Part shown: one piece after another, positions 1 to 7,364 of the stretch
Layout of the letters: every line of letters starts with the position of its first letter
Position numbering within the stretch: position 1 is the stretch's first letter
From: Fibrobacteria bacterium
Lineage (GTDB): Bacteria; Fibrobacterota; Fibrobacteria; UBA11236
Assembly: GCA_043732185.1 (NCBI GenBank)
Contig: JAYTHY010000078.1
Coordinates: 1 to 11,157 of the forward strand
Direction: 5' to 3'
Length of the DNA: 11,157 nt
Notes under the pieces: generated by a model
What the model was told of the DNA's origin: nothing
Seen by the model: the letters and a program-made list of their open reading frames with translations, nothing else
The model's database searches: none
Made by a program: the position numbers and the translations under genes

Positions 1-2
1 TT

Positions 3-617
3 CTACGGAACGTGCTGCCGGGCCGTAAACAGGCTCCAACGCCCACGGAAATCCTAAAGGTTTTAAAAGATCAGCCCATGATTTTCTTCTGGATGGACAT
101 GCGCATTTGGTTTGATTCGGTTTTTGCGCCGCCCCCTTCCTTGGCCAATATGGATGCAAAACTTGGTGAAGCGCAATTGGAAACAAACTCCCGCGAACGG
201 TTCAAAAAATGGGAAAAGAAACTGCGCAGTTTGGGAGAAGTAACGCTATTAACCAAGAGCGAAGAGACTATGGAGGCAGTTCAGAAAAGGTCTCCCAGCA
301 GCCAAACTTCCGGTATTCGTGAGCATGAGTTTGGAATGCCCACGAAGGGAATATCGGCTCAGAGCAAAATATCCCCAGAAGAACTGCTGCAATTAAAGCC
401 CGAATTGGATGCCTATTTCACAGAACTGTGGCTTAAGGAAAAAATTCCCGCTTTGGGAAACTGCACACCTGGTGAAGCGGCGAAAAGTCCAGAGGGAAGA
501 AAACAGTTAAAGGATTTGCTCGACTATATTGAAAACCAGGATGCCCGCCTGCCGGCCGGTGGAATCGGTGGCTTCAATGTGGATAAAATGCGGGAGCGAT
601 TCGGCATCAAAAGCTGA
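3..617 (+). CDS. 5'-partial protein with C-terminal Xre/MbcA/ParS toxin-binding-like (DUF2384-type) domain, probably the end of a larger SEC-C-type protein
   Basis: Frame is open from the window edge (cta cgg aac gtg...), so the GTG at 12 is probably not the true start. C-terminus WLKEKIPALGNCTPGEAAKSPEGRKQLKDLLDYIE fits the W-L-x3-(I/N)-P-A-L-G-x2-T-P pattern of this domain. LETNSRER and the terminal MRERFGI resemble the large SEC-C-associated members as I recall them. Stop TGA at 615-617. Confidence 0.65.
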   Translation, partial: LRNVLPGRKQAPTPTEILKVLKDQPMIFFWMDMRIWFDSVFAPPPSLANMDAKLGEAQLETNSRERFKKWEKKLRSLGEVTLLTKSEETMEAVQKRSPSSQTSGIREHEFGMPTKGISAQSKISPEELLQLKPELDAYFTELWLKEKIPALGNCTPGEAAKSPEGRKQLKDLLDYIENQDARLPAGGIGGFNVDKMRERFGIKS

Positions 618-620
618 CGC

Positions 621-2426
621 CTAAGTCTTGTCCATGGACAGCACAGCCAGGAACGCTTCCTGCGGAATCTCAACATTGCCCACGGCCTTCATGCGCTTCT
701 TGCCTTCCTTCTGCTTGTCGAGCAGTTTGCGCTTGCGGCTGATGTCGCCGCCGTAGCATTTGGCTGTAACGTTTTTGCGCAAGGCTTTGATGGTGGAGCG
801 GGAAATGATGCGACTGCCGACAGCGGCTTGGATGATGACTTCAAACATTTGTTGAGGGATGAGCTCTTTCAGTTTTTCGCATAGGGAATTGCCCCAGTTG
901 TAGGCCTTGTCTTTATGGATGATGACGGAAAAGGCGTCAACGGGATCGCCATTGAGAAGGATGTCGAGCTTGACGAGCGCGCCGGGGCGATAGCCGATCA
1001 GTTCGTAGTCGAAGGACGCGTAGCCTTTGGAGACGGATTTTAATTTGTCGAAGAAGTCGAACATGATTTCGCCCATCGGGAATTCGTATTTGAGGTCTAC
1101 TTTTTCCGGGGTCAGGTATTCCATGGTTTGATAGATGCCGCGTTTTTCGCCGGCCAGTTTCATTACGCTACCCACGTATTCTTTGGGCAGGATGATTTGG
1201 GATTTGACATAGGGTTCGTCGATGCCCTCATACTTGCCGGCATCCGGGAGTTTGCTGGGATTTTCAACTACGAATTCCGAGCCGTCTGTCATTTGTACAT
1301 GGTATTCCACATTGGGTACCGTGGAGATGACGGTCATGTTGAACTCGCGGTCGAGCCGCTCGCGCACCACTTCCATATGGAGTAGGCCCAGAAAGCCAAC
1401 GCGGTATCCGAAGCCCAGGGCGAGGGAGGTTTCCGGCTGCCAGGACAGGGCTGAATCGTTCAGGGCCAATTTTTCCAAGGCCTCGCGCAGGTCCTCGAAG
1501 TCATCGGTGTCCATGGGATAGATGCCCGCGAACACCATGGGCACAATATCCTTGTAGCCTTTGAGGGCTTCCGGGGCCGGGTTGCGGCGGTCGATAATGG
1601 TGTCGCCGATTTTTGTGTCTTTGACATTCTTAATGTTGGCGATGACATAGCCCACTTCACCGGCCGCGAGCGAGTCGGTTGCGTCCCGGACCATGGACAG
1701 GGTTCCGATTTCGTTGATCTCGAATTCTTTGTCATTGGCCATGAGGCGGATGGGCGCTTTGAGTTGGAGAACGCCGTCAAAAACCCGGACAAAGGCGATG
1801 GCACCGCGATAGGCATCGAATTTGGAATCGAATATCAAGGCGCGTGGTGGGGCGTTGCGATTGTCTTTGGGGGGAGGGATTTCTTCGATGACGCGGTCTA
1901 AAAGTTCGCGTACGCCGATGCCCTCTTTCGCGGACACTCTTAAAATACGGTTGGGTTCATACCCGAGCAAATCCCCGACGCCTTCTGCAATGTCGTCCGG
2001 ATGGGCGGAAGGCAAATCGATCTTATTTAAAATGGGCACTAGCGTGAGGTTGGCATCCAAGGCCAAGTACAGATTGCTCAGGGTTTGCGCTTCCATGCCT
2101 TGCGTCGCATCCACCACCAAAATAGCGCCTTCGCAGGCGGCTAGCGAACGGCTGACTTCATAGGTAAAATCCACATGTCCGGGCGTATCGATTAGGTTTA
2201 AAAAGTATTCTTCGCCTTTATAGATATAGAGCATGCGGATGGCATGGGACTTAATGGTGATGCCGCGTTCGCGCTCCAAGTCCATATCGTCCAGAACCTG
2301 GGCCTGCATGGCCTGTTTATTCACCGTTTTGGTGATTTCGAGCATACGGTCGGCCAAGGTCGACTTTCCATGGTCGATGTGGGCAATAATGCAAAAATTC
2401 CGTATCCGGGAGGGGTCGGGGCGCAT
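621..2426 (-). CDS. lepA: Translation elongation factor 4 (LepA) GTPase
   Basis: 601 aa. [20 protein letters not shown] (G1), [11 protein letters not shown] (G2), [10 protein letters not shown] (G3), NKIDLP (G4), GFLGLLHME, and the LepA-specific C-terminus [31 protein letters not shown]. Confidence 0.99.
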   Translation of the reverse strand: MRPDPSRIRNFCIIAHIDHGKSTLADRMLEITKTVNKQAMQAQVLDDMDLERERGITIKSHAIRMLYIYKGEEYFLNLIDTPGHVDFTYEVSRSLAACEGAILVVDATQGMEAQTLSNLYLALDANLTLVPILNKIDLPSAHPDDIAEGVGDLLGYEPNRILRVSAKEGIGVRELLDRVIEEIPPPKDNRNAPPRALIFDSKFDAYRGAIAFVRVFDGVLQLKAPIRLMANDKEFEINEIGTLSMVRDATDSLAAGEVGYVIANIKNVKDTKIGDTIIDRRNPAPEALKGYKDIVPMVFAGIYPMDTDDFEDLREALEKLALNDSALSWQPETSLALGFGYRVGFLGLLHMEVVRERLDREFNMTVISTVPNVEYHVQMTDGSEFVVENPSKLPDAGKYEGIDEPYVKSQIILPKEYVGSVMKLAGEKRGIYQTMEYLTPEKVDLKYEFPMGEIMFDFFDKLKSVSKGYASFDYELIGYRPGALVKLDILLNGDPVDAFSVIIHKDKAYNWGNSLCEKLKELIPQQMFEVIIQAAVGSRIISRSTIKALRKNVTAKCYGGDISRKRKLLDKQKEGKKRMKAVGNVEIPQEAFLAVLSMDKT

Positions 2427-2453
2427 GTGATCCGATGGTGAAGAGAGGAGATA

Positions 2454-2506
2454 AAGGTACGAATACCCCTGCCCGGTTGTCTACGGGCACCATTTCTTAT
2501 TAAATT
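2454..2506. promoter_or_regulatory. Putative back-to-back sigma70-like promoters for lepA (-) and the cyclophilin gene run (+)
   Basis: This is the only divergent intergenic gap (2427-2535). + strand: TTGTCT (2477-2482), 18 nt, TAAATT (2501-2506). - strand: TAGACA (2483-2478), 18 nt, TACCTT (2459-2454). Consensus resemblance only. Confidence 0.35.
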
Positions 2507-2535
2507 CTTGCCGTTAAAGTTTATTCAATCAGGAA

Positions 2536-3090
2536 ATGAAAACCATGCGATACGCCTATTATGCTAAGTGGATTCTTGTTGCGACCTTGGGACTTTTGGG
2601 ATTGCCTCAGGCAGCCGGGCCGCTCGGTCGTGAATTCAATCGAGATTTCAGCAAGACTAAACAGGTCTTTGTAGAAATCAAAACCCATGAAGGGACGATG
2701 AAGCTGGAACTTTTCCCTCAGAAAGCCCCCAACACGGTGGCCAACTTTATGCATTTGGTGGATTCGGGCTTCTATAAAGGGCTGGTATTTCACCGGATCA
2801 TCGAAGGCTTCATGGCGCAAGCTGGGGATCCTAATGGCGATGGAACGGGTGGACCAGGGTATACCATCGACGATGAACGCAATGATTTGAAGCATGAGGC
2901 GGGCACGCTGTCTATGGCCAATGCCGGGCCGAATACGGGTGGATCGCAGTTTTTCATTTGTCACATGCCACAAGCCCATCTGGACGGCAGGCATACGGCA
3001 TTTGGAAAGCTCGTCACCGGCTTCGATGTGCTCACCCGCCTAGAACGCGGTGACCCGATATTGGACATGAAAGTAACCGAGATCAAGTAG
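2536..3090 (+). CDS. Cyclophilin-type peptidyl-prolyl cis-trans isomerase with N-terminal signal peptide
   Basis: APNTVANF, FHRIIEGFMAQAGDP-GDGTGGPGY, LSMANAGPNTGGSQFFI and HLDGRHTAFG are cyclophilin motifs. The hydrophobic N-terminus KWILVATLGLLGLPQAA suggests export. The true start may be the ATG at 2545, which has AGGA (2531-2534) 10 nt upstream. Confidence 0.96.
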   Translation: MKTMRYAYYAKWILVATLGLLGLPQAAGPLGREFNRDFSKTKQVFVEIKTHEGTMKLELFPQKAPNTVANFMHLVDSGFYKGLVFHRIIEGFMAQAGDPNGDGTGGPGYTIDDERNDLKHEAGTLSMANAGPNTGGSQFFICHMPQAHLDGRHTAFGKLVTGFDVLTRLERGDPILDMKVTEIK

Positions 3091-3130
3091 CCTTACTACT
3101 TTTTCCGATTCATAGGAAGCGGGCAGTCAA

Positions 3131-4270
3131 ATGGCTCCGGTAAAAAAAAACGCGAAACCCAGTAAACCTGCGCCCAAGCTCGTTAAGAAGAACAGTGCGC
3201 CTGCTTCCAAAGCGGCGAAGAAAGATAAAGTGACTGCAAAGCCAAAAGCAAAAGTGAAGCAAATATCCGCTAAGGCAGCGAAAGTAGCCCCGCAAAAAGC
3301 GGCCAAAGCCACTGCCCCAGTAAAAGGATCCTCGAAAGCCAAAGATGCTAAGGAGGTTAAATCTCATGCGAAGAAAGCTCCCGTCAAGCCGGTAGTGCCC
3401 CCCTCCAAGAAAAACGTTGTTCCGGCTAAAAAGCCCATAGCTGCCCCGCATGTTGTTAAAAAAGAAGTACCTGTGGCCAAGGCTCCGGTGCTCAAAAAGA
3501 GTAGTCCAGCCAAAGTTGCCCCGGTTGTCGAAAATGTGAAGGGCGTTGCTGCGGTCAAGGCGGTCAAAGTGGAACCGGTGCCCAAACCAGAAAAGGCCCC
3601 CAAGCCTCCCAAGGTTCCACGCGCCAAATCGACAAAACTACCTGCCCCCAAAGGGCCAATGGAAAAAGCCCAGCGCAGTCTAGCAGCTACGGCAGCTAGA
3701 GCTGCGGCTAAGGACAAGGTGCCGCCATCTAAGGCTATGGCTGCCGTAAAAGCGGCTGCCACCAAGGCTCCCACTATTGCCGACGTCAAACCGGTAGTCA
3801 AGAAAAACCCTAAAGCCTTTTTCCATGAAATTGCCGTTGGCGGAGAACGCATCATCAAGCGTGGGGATAAGACCACGGTTTCACCTGCGCCTGTCGATTT
3901 GCAAAATCGTCGTCGTGGTGGCGGGCCGGAAGAAAGTCCGGAAGAGTTGGTGGAACGCATTGAGCGAGAGCTTGAGCATCAACATATTTTCAAGCGCAAC
4001 ATGCTGCGTCCCCAGCTTTGCACAAAATGTGGTCTCAACTCGGTTTCCGAACGTTTTACCATCGACAAAGAGCTCGGCTATTGCGATGATTGCGCAGAGA
4101 TTCTTCATTTGGGTGAAACTAAGGAAGCGCGTAAAACAGATTTCCACGCCGCCACCTTGAAAAAGGAGGGCGATGGTGCCGTGGGTGGTAAAGGCGATGA
4201 GGAGGATGAGGAGGATGAGGACGACGATGAGGATGCTCCTCCCAAAGGAATTCCTGATATCGACGTATAA
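3131..4270 (+). CDS. Lys/Ala/Pro-rich (histone H1-like) protein with C-terminal C4 zinc finger of DksA/TraR spacing and an acidic tail
   Basis: 379 aa. 30 Lys in the first 100 residues, low complexity to about aa 230. CTKC-x17-CDDC at nt 4019-4093. Tail DEEDEEDEDDDED. It fills the space between flanking genes on the same strand. The CDS is solid; the functional label is inference. Confidence 0.75.
   Translation: MAPVKKNAKPSKPAPKLVKKNSAPASKAAKKDKVTAKPKAKVKQISAKAAKVAPQKAAKATAPVKGSSKAKDAKEVKSHAKKAPVKPVVPPSKKNVVPAKKPIAAPHVVKKEVPVAKAPVLKKSSPAKVAPVVENVKGVAAVKAVKVEPVPKPEKAPKPPKVPRAKSTKLPAPKGPMEKAQRSLAATAARAAAKDKVPPSKAMAAVKAAATKAPTIADVKPVVKKNPKAFFHEIAVGGERIIKRGDKTTVSPAPVDLQNRRRGGGPEESPEELVERIERELEHQHIFKRNMLRPQLCTKCGLNSVSERFTIDKELGYCDDCAEILHLGETKEARKTDFHAATLKKEGDGAVGGKGDEEDEEDEDDDEDAPPKGIPDIDV
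4196..4234 (+). repeat. Imperfect 9-bp tandem repeat (GATGAGGAG)n encoding the acidic tail
   Basis: gatgaggag gatgaggag gatgaggac gacgatgag gat read directly from the sequence. Confidence 0.8.
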
Positions 4271-6245
4271 TTTTTGGTTATGGCGGGCCTTAATATTAGG
4301 CCTCGCTCTTGTCTTCCCCTCCCCCATTTCCGCCGGCTATTTGGATGAGAAGCAGTATCCGATCGTCACCGACACTACTTTCACCGCCGATGCATTCATT
4401 CTGGACCAAGCCAAATTCTGGTGCGCTATTTATTTGGATGTAGGCGAAGAAGAAGGTTTGATCCACGATCCGTTTTACCCGGACATGGTATTCAAGAAAA
4501 TCGCAGCTCCAGGAACCGGCCGAAATGCGCTTAAAGCCGTAGAGGTGCAAGTTGAGGCACAGCGGCAGGAAATCCGAGCCATGCTGGCTAAAGACTCGTC
4601 GCTTTGGACGCCTGAAGAACATGTTTTAAAATCCCGCTTCCCGTACTTTTGGGACAGTACCGCCATTACCTTGTCGCTGGGACGGCTGAGGTTTCAGCGC
4701 GGTCTTAAAGCCAAGTTTCGCGCAGGCTTGGAACGCTCGTATCGCTACCTGCCGCTGATCGAGTCTACGCTTACAGCGGAGGGTGTTCCAGCTCGGCTCA
4801 AGTATCTACCGCATGTGGAATCGTCCTTTTACCCTTATGCTTATTCCAAAGTAGGAGCTGCGGGGATGTGGCAGTTTATGAAATCCTCGGCCAGGCGGTA
4901 TTCCGTGAGTGTCGGATACTTGGTGGATGACAGGCGGGATCCGTTTGTGTCTTCACGCGCGGCCGCACGCATGTTGGCCCAAAATTTCGCTCGCCTGAAA
5001 AGCTGGCCATTGGCCATTGTAGCATACAATCACGGCCCAGGTGGATTGGCTAGTGCTGTGCGTGGAACCGGTACACGGGATCTCGGCACCATTATTAAAA
5101 GTTATTACTCCAACTCCTTCGGTTTCGCCTCCAAAAATTTCTATGCGGAATTCCTGGCCGCCTCCAGCATTGCCTTGCATGCCGATTCCCTCTTTCCGGA
5201 CTTGAAAAAAATGGAGCCATTGCGTTTTCAAAGTTTGGTATTGACCAAGCCCTGTGACGTCAAACAATTGGGAGCCATGACGGGACTTTCGCCCGATGAG
5301 TTGGAGGAATACAATCTTGGCCTAAGGCCGACTACGTTTAGGGGCAACACCCAATTGCCGAAAGATTTTGTGTTGCGTCTTCCGGTTGGCATAGAACCCG
5401 TTGCCTTGGCGAATAAACTCAGTGGTGGTCGAGCAATCAAAGATAAAACTGGGAATGTGGATGCAGATGCCAAGCCAACTGTCATTCAACCTATTAAATC
5501 CGGACGCAAACCTAAGGTCGCGAAAATTTCTGAAAGCGACATTGCCTCCATCCGTCCCGCTGACGAAACACCCGAAATCAAAAAACCTGTTCCTGTACCT
5601 AGCCCAGTTGTTCCTGATGTGGTGCATATCGTCGACACAAATTTGGCGTTACAAGCATCCGATTTGGATAAGCTGTCCCATCCAATGGATAAATTTCATT
5701 CCGACAATTACAATCTGCAATCCACTTACGCGGATGGTTTTCTAACGATTCGCGTAGGCACTGAAGAAACACTGTCCCACTATGCGGAATGGGCAGCCGT
5801 ATCCGAACCACGCTTGCGCCAAGCCAATCACATGCAGACCTCGAAGGATTTACGAATAGGACGTTCGATTCGGATTCCTTTAGGAGTAGGAGGAGCAGGA
5901 GGAGCGGGAAAAGCAGAGGACTTTTTGAAGCGAAGGGAAGACTATTACCGAGCCATTGAGGAAGACTTTTATAGCAACTATTACGTGTCGATTAGCGAAC
6001 CGGTGGTGGTGGAAAAAGGCATGAATCTTTGGACTTGGGCCATGGAAAAAGAAATACCGTTTTGGTTACTGCAAAAGCACAATGCAGGCAAATCCCTCAA
6101 TACAATCCATCCTGGGGATACCTTGAATATGCCCGTCATTGAAACCGGGATTCGAAAATGGGGTTTTACCCGCTATGCAAATACAAAAGAGTATCTAGAG
6201 GGTATCGCCCGCTTCCTGAATACAGGAAAACCCGAAGCCTATTGA
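4215..6245 (+). CDS. MltD-like lytic transglycosylase (SLT domain plus degenerate LysM domains), exported
   Basis: Catalytic motif PHVESSF, then SKVGAAGMWQFM, VDDRRDP, SWPLAIVAYNHG and NFYAEFLAA. LysM-like segments ETLSHYAEW...LRQANHM...LRIGRSIRIP and VEKGMNLW...IHPGDTLNMP. Signal peptide WRALILGLALVFPSPISA. Start uncertain: in-frame ATGs at 4173, 4197, 4206, 4215, 4227 and 4233; 4215 has AGGAGG 9 nt upstream. Confidence 0.9.
   Translation: MRTTMRMLLPKEFLISTYNFWLWRALILGLALVFPSPISAGYLDEKQYPIVTDTTFTADAFILDQAKFWCAIYLDVGEEEGLIHDPFYPDMVFKKIAAPGTGRNALKAVEVQVEAQRQEIRAMLAKDSSLWTPEEHVLKSRFPYFWDSTAITLSLGRLRFQRGLKAKFRAGLERSYRYLPLIESTLTAEGVPARLKYLPHVESSFYPYAYSKVGAAGMWQFMKSSARRYSVSVGYLVDDRRDPFVSSRAAARMLAQNFARLKSWPLAIVAYNHGPGGLASAVRGTGTRDLGTIIKSYYSNSFGFASKNFYAEFLAASSIALHADSLFPDLKKMEPLRFQSLVLTKPCDVKQLGAMTGLSPDELEEYNLGLRPTTFRGNTQLPKDFVLRLPVGIEPVALANKLSGGRAIKDKTGNVDADAKPTVIQPIKSGRKPKVAKISESDIASIRPADETPEIKKPVPVPSPVVPDVVHIVDTNLALQASDLDKLSHPMDKFHSDNYNLQSTYADGFLTIRVGTEETLSHYAEWAAVSEPRLRQANHMQTSKDLRIGRSIRIPLGVGGAGGAGKAEDFLKRREDYYRAIEEDFYSNYYVSISEPVVVEKGMNLWTWAMEKEIPFWLLQKHNAGKSLNTIHPGDTLNMPVIETGIRKWGFTRYANTKEYLEGIARFLNTGKPEAY
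5888..5905 (+). repeat. Perfect 9-bp tandem duplication AGGAGGAGC x2 within a Gly/Ala linker
   Basis: aggaggagc at 5888-5896 and 5897-5905, encoding part of LGVGGAGGAGK directly after a LysM-like segment. Confidence 0.7.
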
Positions 6246-6267
6246 GATAAATGCTACTTTCAAGGCT

Positions 6268-7356
6268 ATGGTGCCTATGGAGCAAAAGCCAGAGCTTGGA
6301 TCCGAAACGCGCCGACCACGCGATTTGGCTATGGATGGGTTGCGAACAGTAGCTGTGCTCCTTATGATAGCCAGCCACACTTCCCGACTTATTGTTTGGG
6401 ATGCGCGTCCGGCTTGGTGCCGTTTTGCACTTTTGATCGAACCACTTACAGCTTCACTGTTTCTTATTTTAGTTGGAGCCTCTTTGGTGCATTCTTGGCA
6501 TGCTGTTGGCCTGGTTCAACGGATGCTCTGGTACCGTAAACAGGCCTTGCGGGCTCTGGCGCTTTGGTGCATCTCATGTTTATTCTATACGTTGGAAGAA
6601 GGCTTTCATTGGCCCGACGCGCTCTTGGCCAGCGGGATTCTTGCCACCATTGCCTATTCCATCCTGTTGGGTATGCTTTTGGTTAGCCAACGACGTTCCG
6701 TGCTGCTTTTGCTTCTGCTTTCCGCTGCTTTGGCCGGATTGGAATTTCGGCTTGATGCTCTACATGCCCAATGGTTTTTGATCAATGCTGGCAATAGCCC
6801 GCTGCTTCCGCTCTTTCAATTTGTCTGTTTGGGTGCGCTGGGAGTGTTGGCAGTAAGGAGCCCTCATCGATGGGTGCGCGCCGCCGTAGTAACCTGTGCG
6901 GTACTGGTACTGGCATTAATTCTGTCTCGTCACACTTTTACCGATGTTTTTTCCAAACCATTGGGGCGGTATGAAACCGCGCGCACGGTGGTAACCGGCA
7001 CGGGTCCGGCCCGTATTGAGAAGTCGATACCTTACTATAACTTGCGCCCAATTCTAGTGCCAGTCATCGCATCTCTGATCACCTTGTTGTATGCCATTCT
7101 CGCCGCTTTCAGTCCACTTTTAAAACGCTTCGGGTACTTTGTTTTTCCAATGGGGCGGCATAGTCTGGACGTCTATATTCTGCATTTGGCATTGTTGGCC
7201 ATCCTGGTTCTAAAGGGCGGGATGCGGCCGCTGCCTACTGCGCACTGGGGCAATCTGGCGCTCCTAACTGTGATAGGCATTAGCTATGCCTGGGCGCTCG
7301 GACGCGATGCTTTCCGGCATCAGCAAAGTACATCCACAGTCCAAACATCATCGTAA
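6268..7356 (+). CDS. Polytopic membrane protein, DUF1624 / heparan-alpha-glucosaminide N-acetyltransferase-like (transmembrane acyltransferase superfamily)
   Basis: N-terminal [20 protein letters not shown] (R-x4-D-x2-R...LM...H), [10 protein letters not shown] and C-terminal [12 protein letters not shown] are signature motifs. Roughly 10 hydrophobic segments. Alternative start at 6277. Confidence 0.75.
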   Translation: MVPMEQKPELGSETRRPRDLAMDGLRTVAVLLMIASHTSRLIVWDARPAWCRFALLIEPLTASLFLILVGASLVHSWHAVGLVQRMLWYRKQALRALALWCISCLFYTLEEGFHWPDALLASGILATIAYSILLGMLLVSQRRSVLLLLLLSAALAGLEFRLDALHAQWFLINAGNSPLLPLFQFVCLGALGVLAVRSPHRWVRAAVVTCAVLVLALILSRHTFTDVFSKPLGRYETARTVVTGTGPARIEKSIPYYNLRPILVPVIASLITLLYAILAAFSPLLKRFGYFVFPMGRHSLDVYILHLALLAILVLKGGMRPLPTAHWGNLALLTVIGISYAWALGRDAFRHQQSTSTVQTSS

Positions 7357-7364
7357 GAGGATCT

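Noticed and set aside
1128..2441. Several 65-118 aa ORFs overlapping lepA
   Set aside because: Antisense or alternate-frame shadows of a codon-biased housekeeping gene.
2521..2994. 157-aa antisense ORF over the cyclophilin gene
   Set aside because: Lies almost entirely opposite a highly conserved gene and has no independent coding signal.
2965..3010. His instead of the cyclosporin-contacting Trp in the cyclophilin (AHLDGRH)
   Set aside because: Common substitution in bacterial cyclophilins; not novel.
3364..3960. 198-aa antisense ORF (and 3110-3451, 3881-4327) opposite the basic protein
   Set aside because: Shadow ORFs produced by the low-complexity codon content of the + strand gene; no recognisable motifs.
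4173..4196. ORF-track start of the transglycosylase at 4173
   Set aside because: Gives a 98-nt overlap and an implausibly long leader before the hydrophobic signal core; downstream ATGs fit better, although AAGGAGG precedes it so it is not fully excluded.
5883..5910. Strong AGGAGG motifs inside the transglycosylase gene as an internal translation start
   Set aside because: No start codon at suitable spacing; explained by Gly codons in a duplicated linker.
7275..7291. Inverted repeat AGGCAT-TAGCT-ATGCCT about 75 bp upstream of copA as a copper-regulator operator
   Set aside because: Only 6 bp, lies within coding sequence, does not resemble CsoR or CopY boxes, and has no flanking MerR-type 19-bp-spacer promoter.
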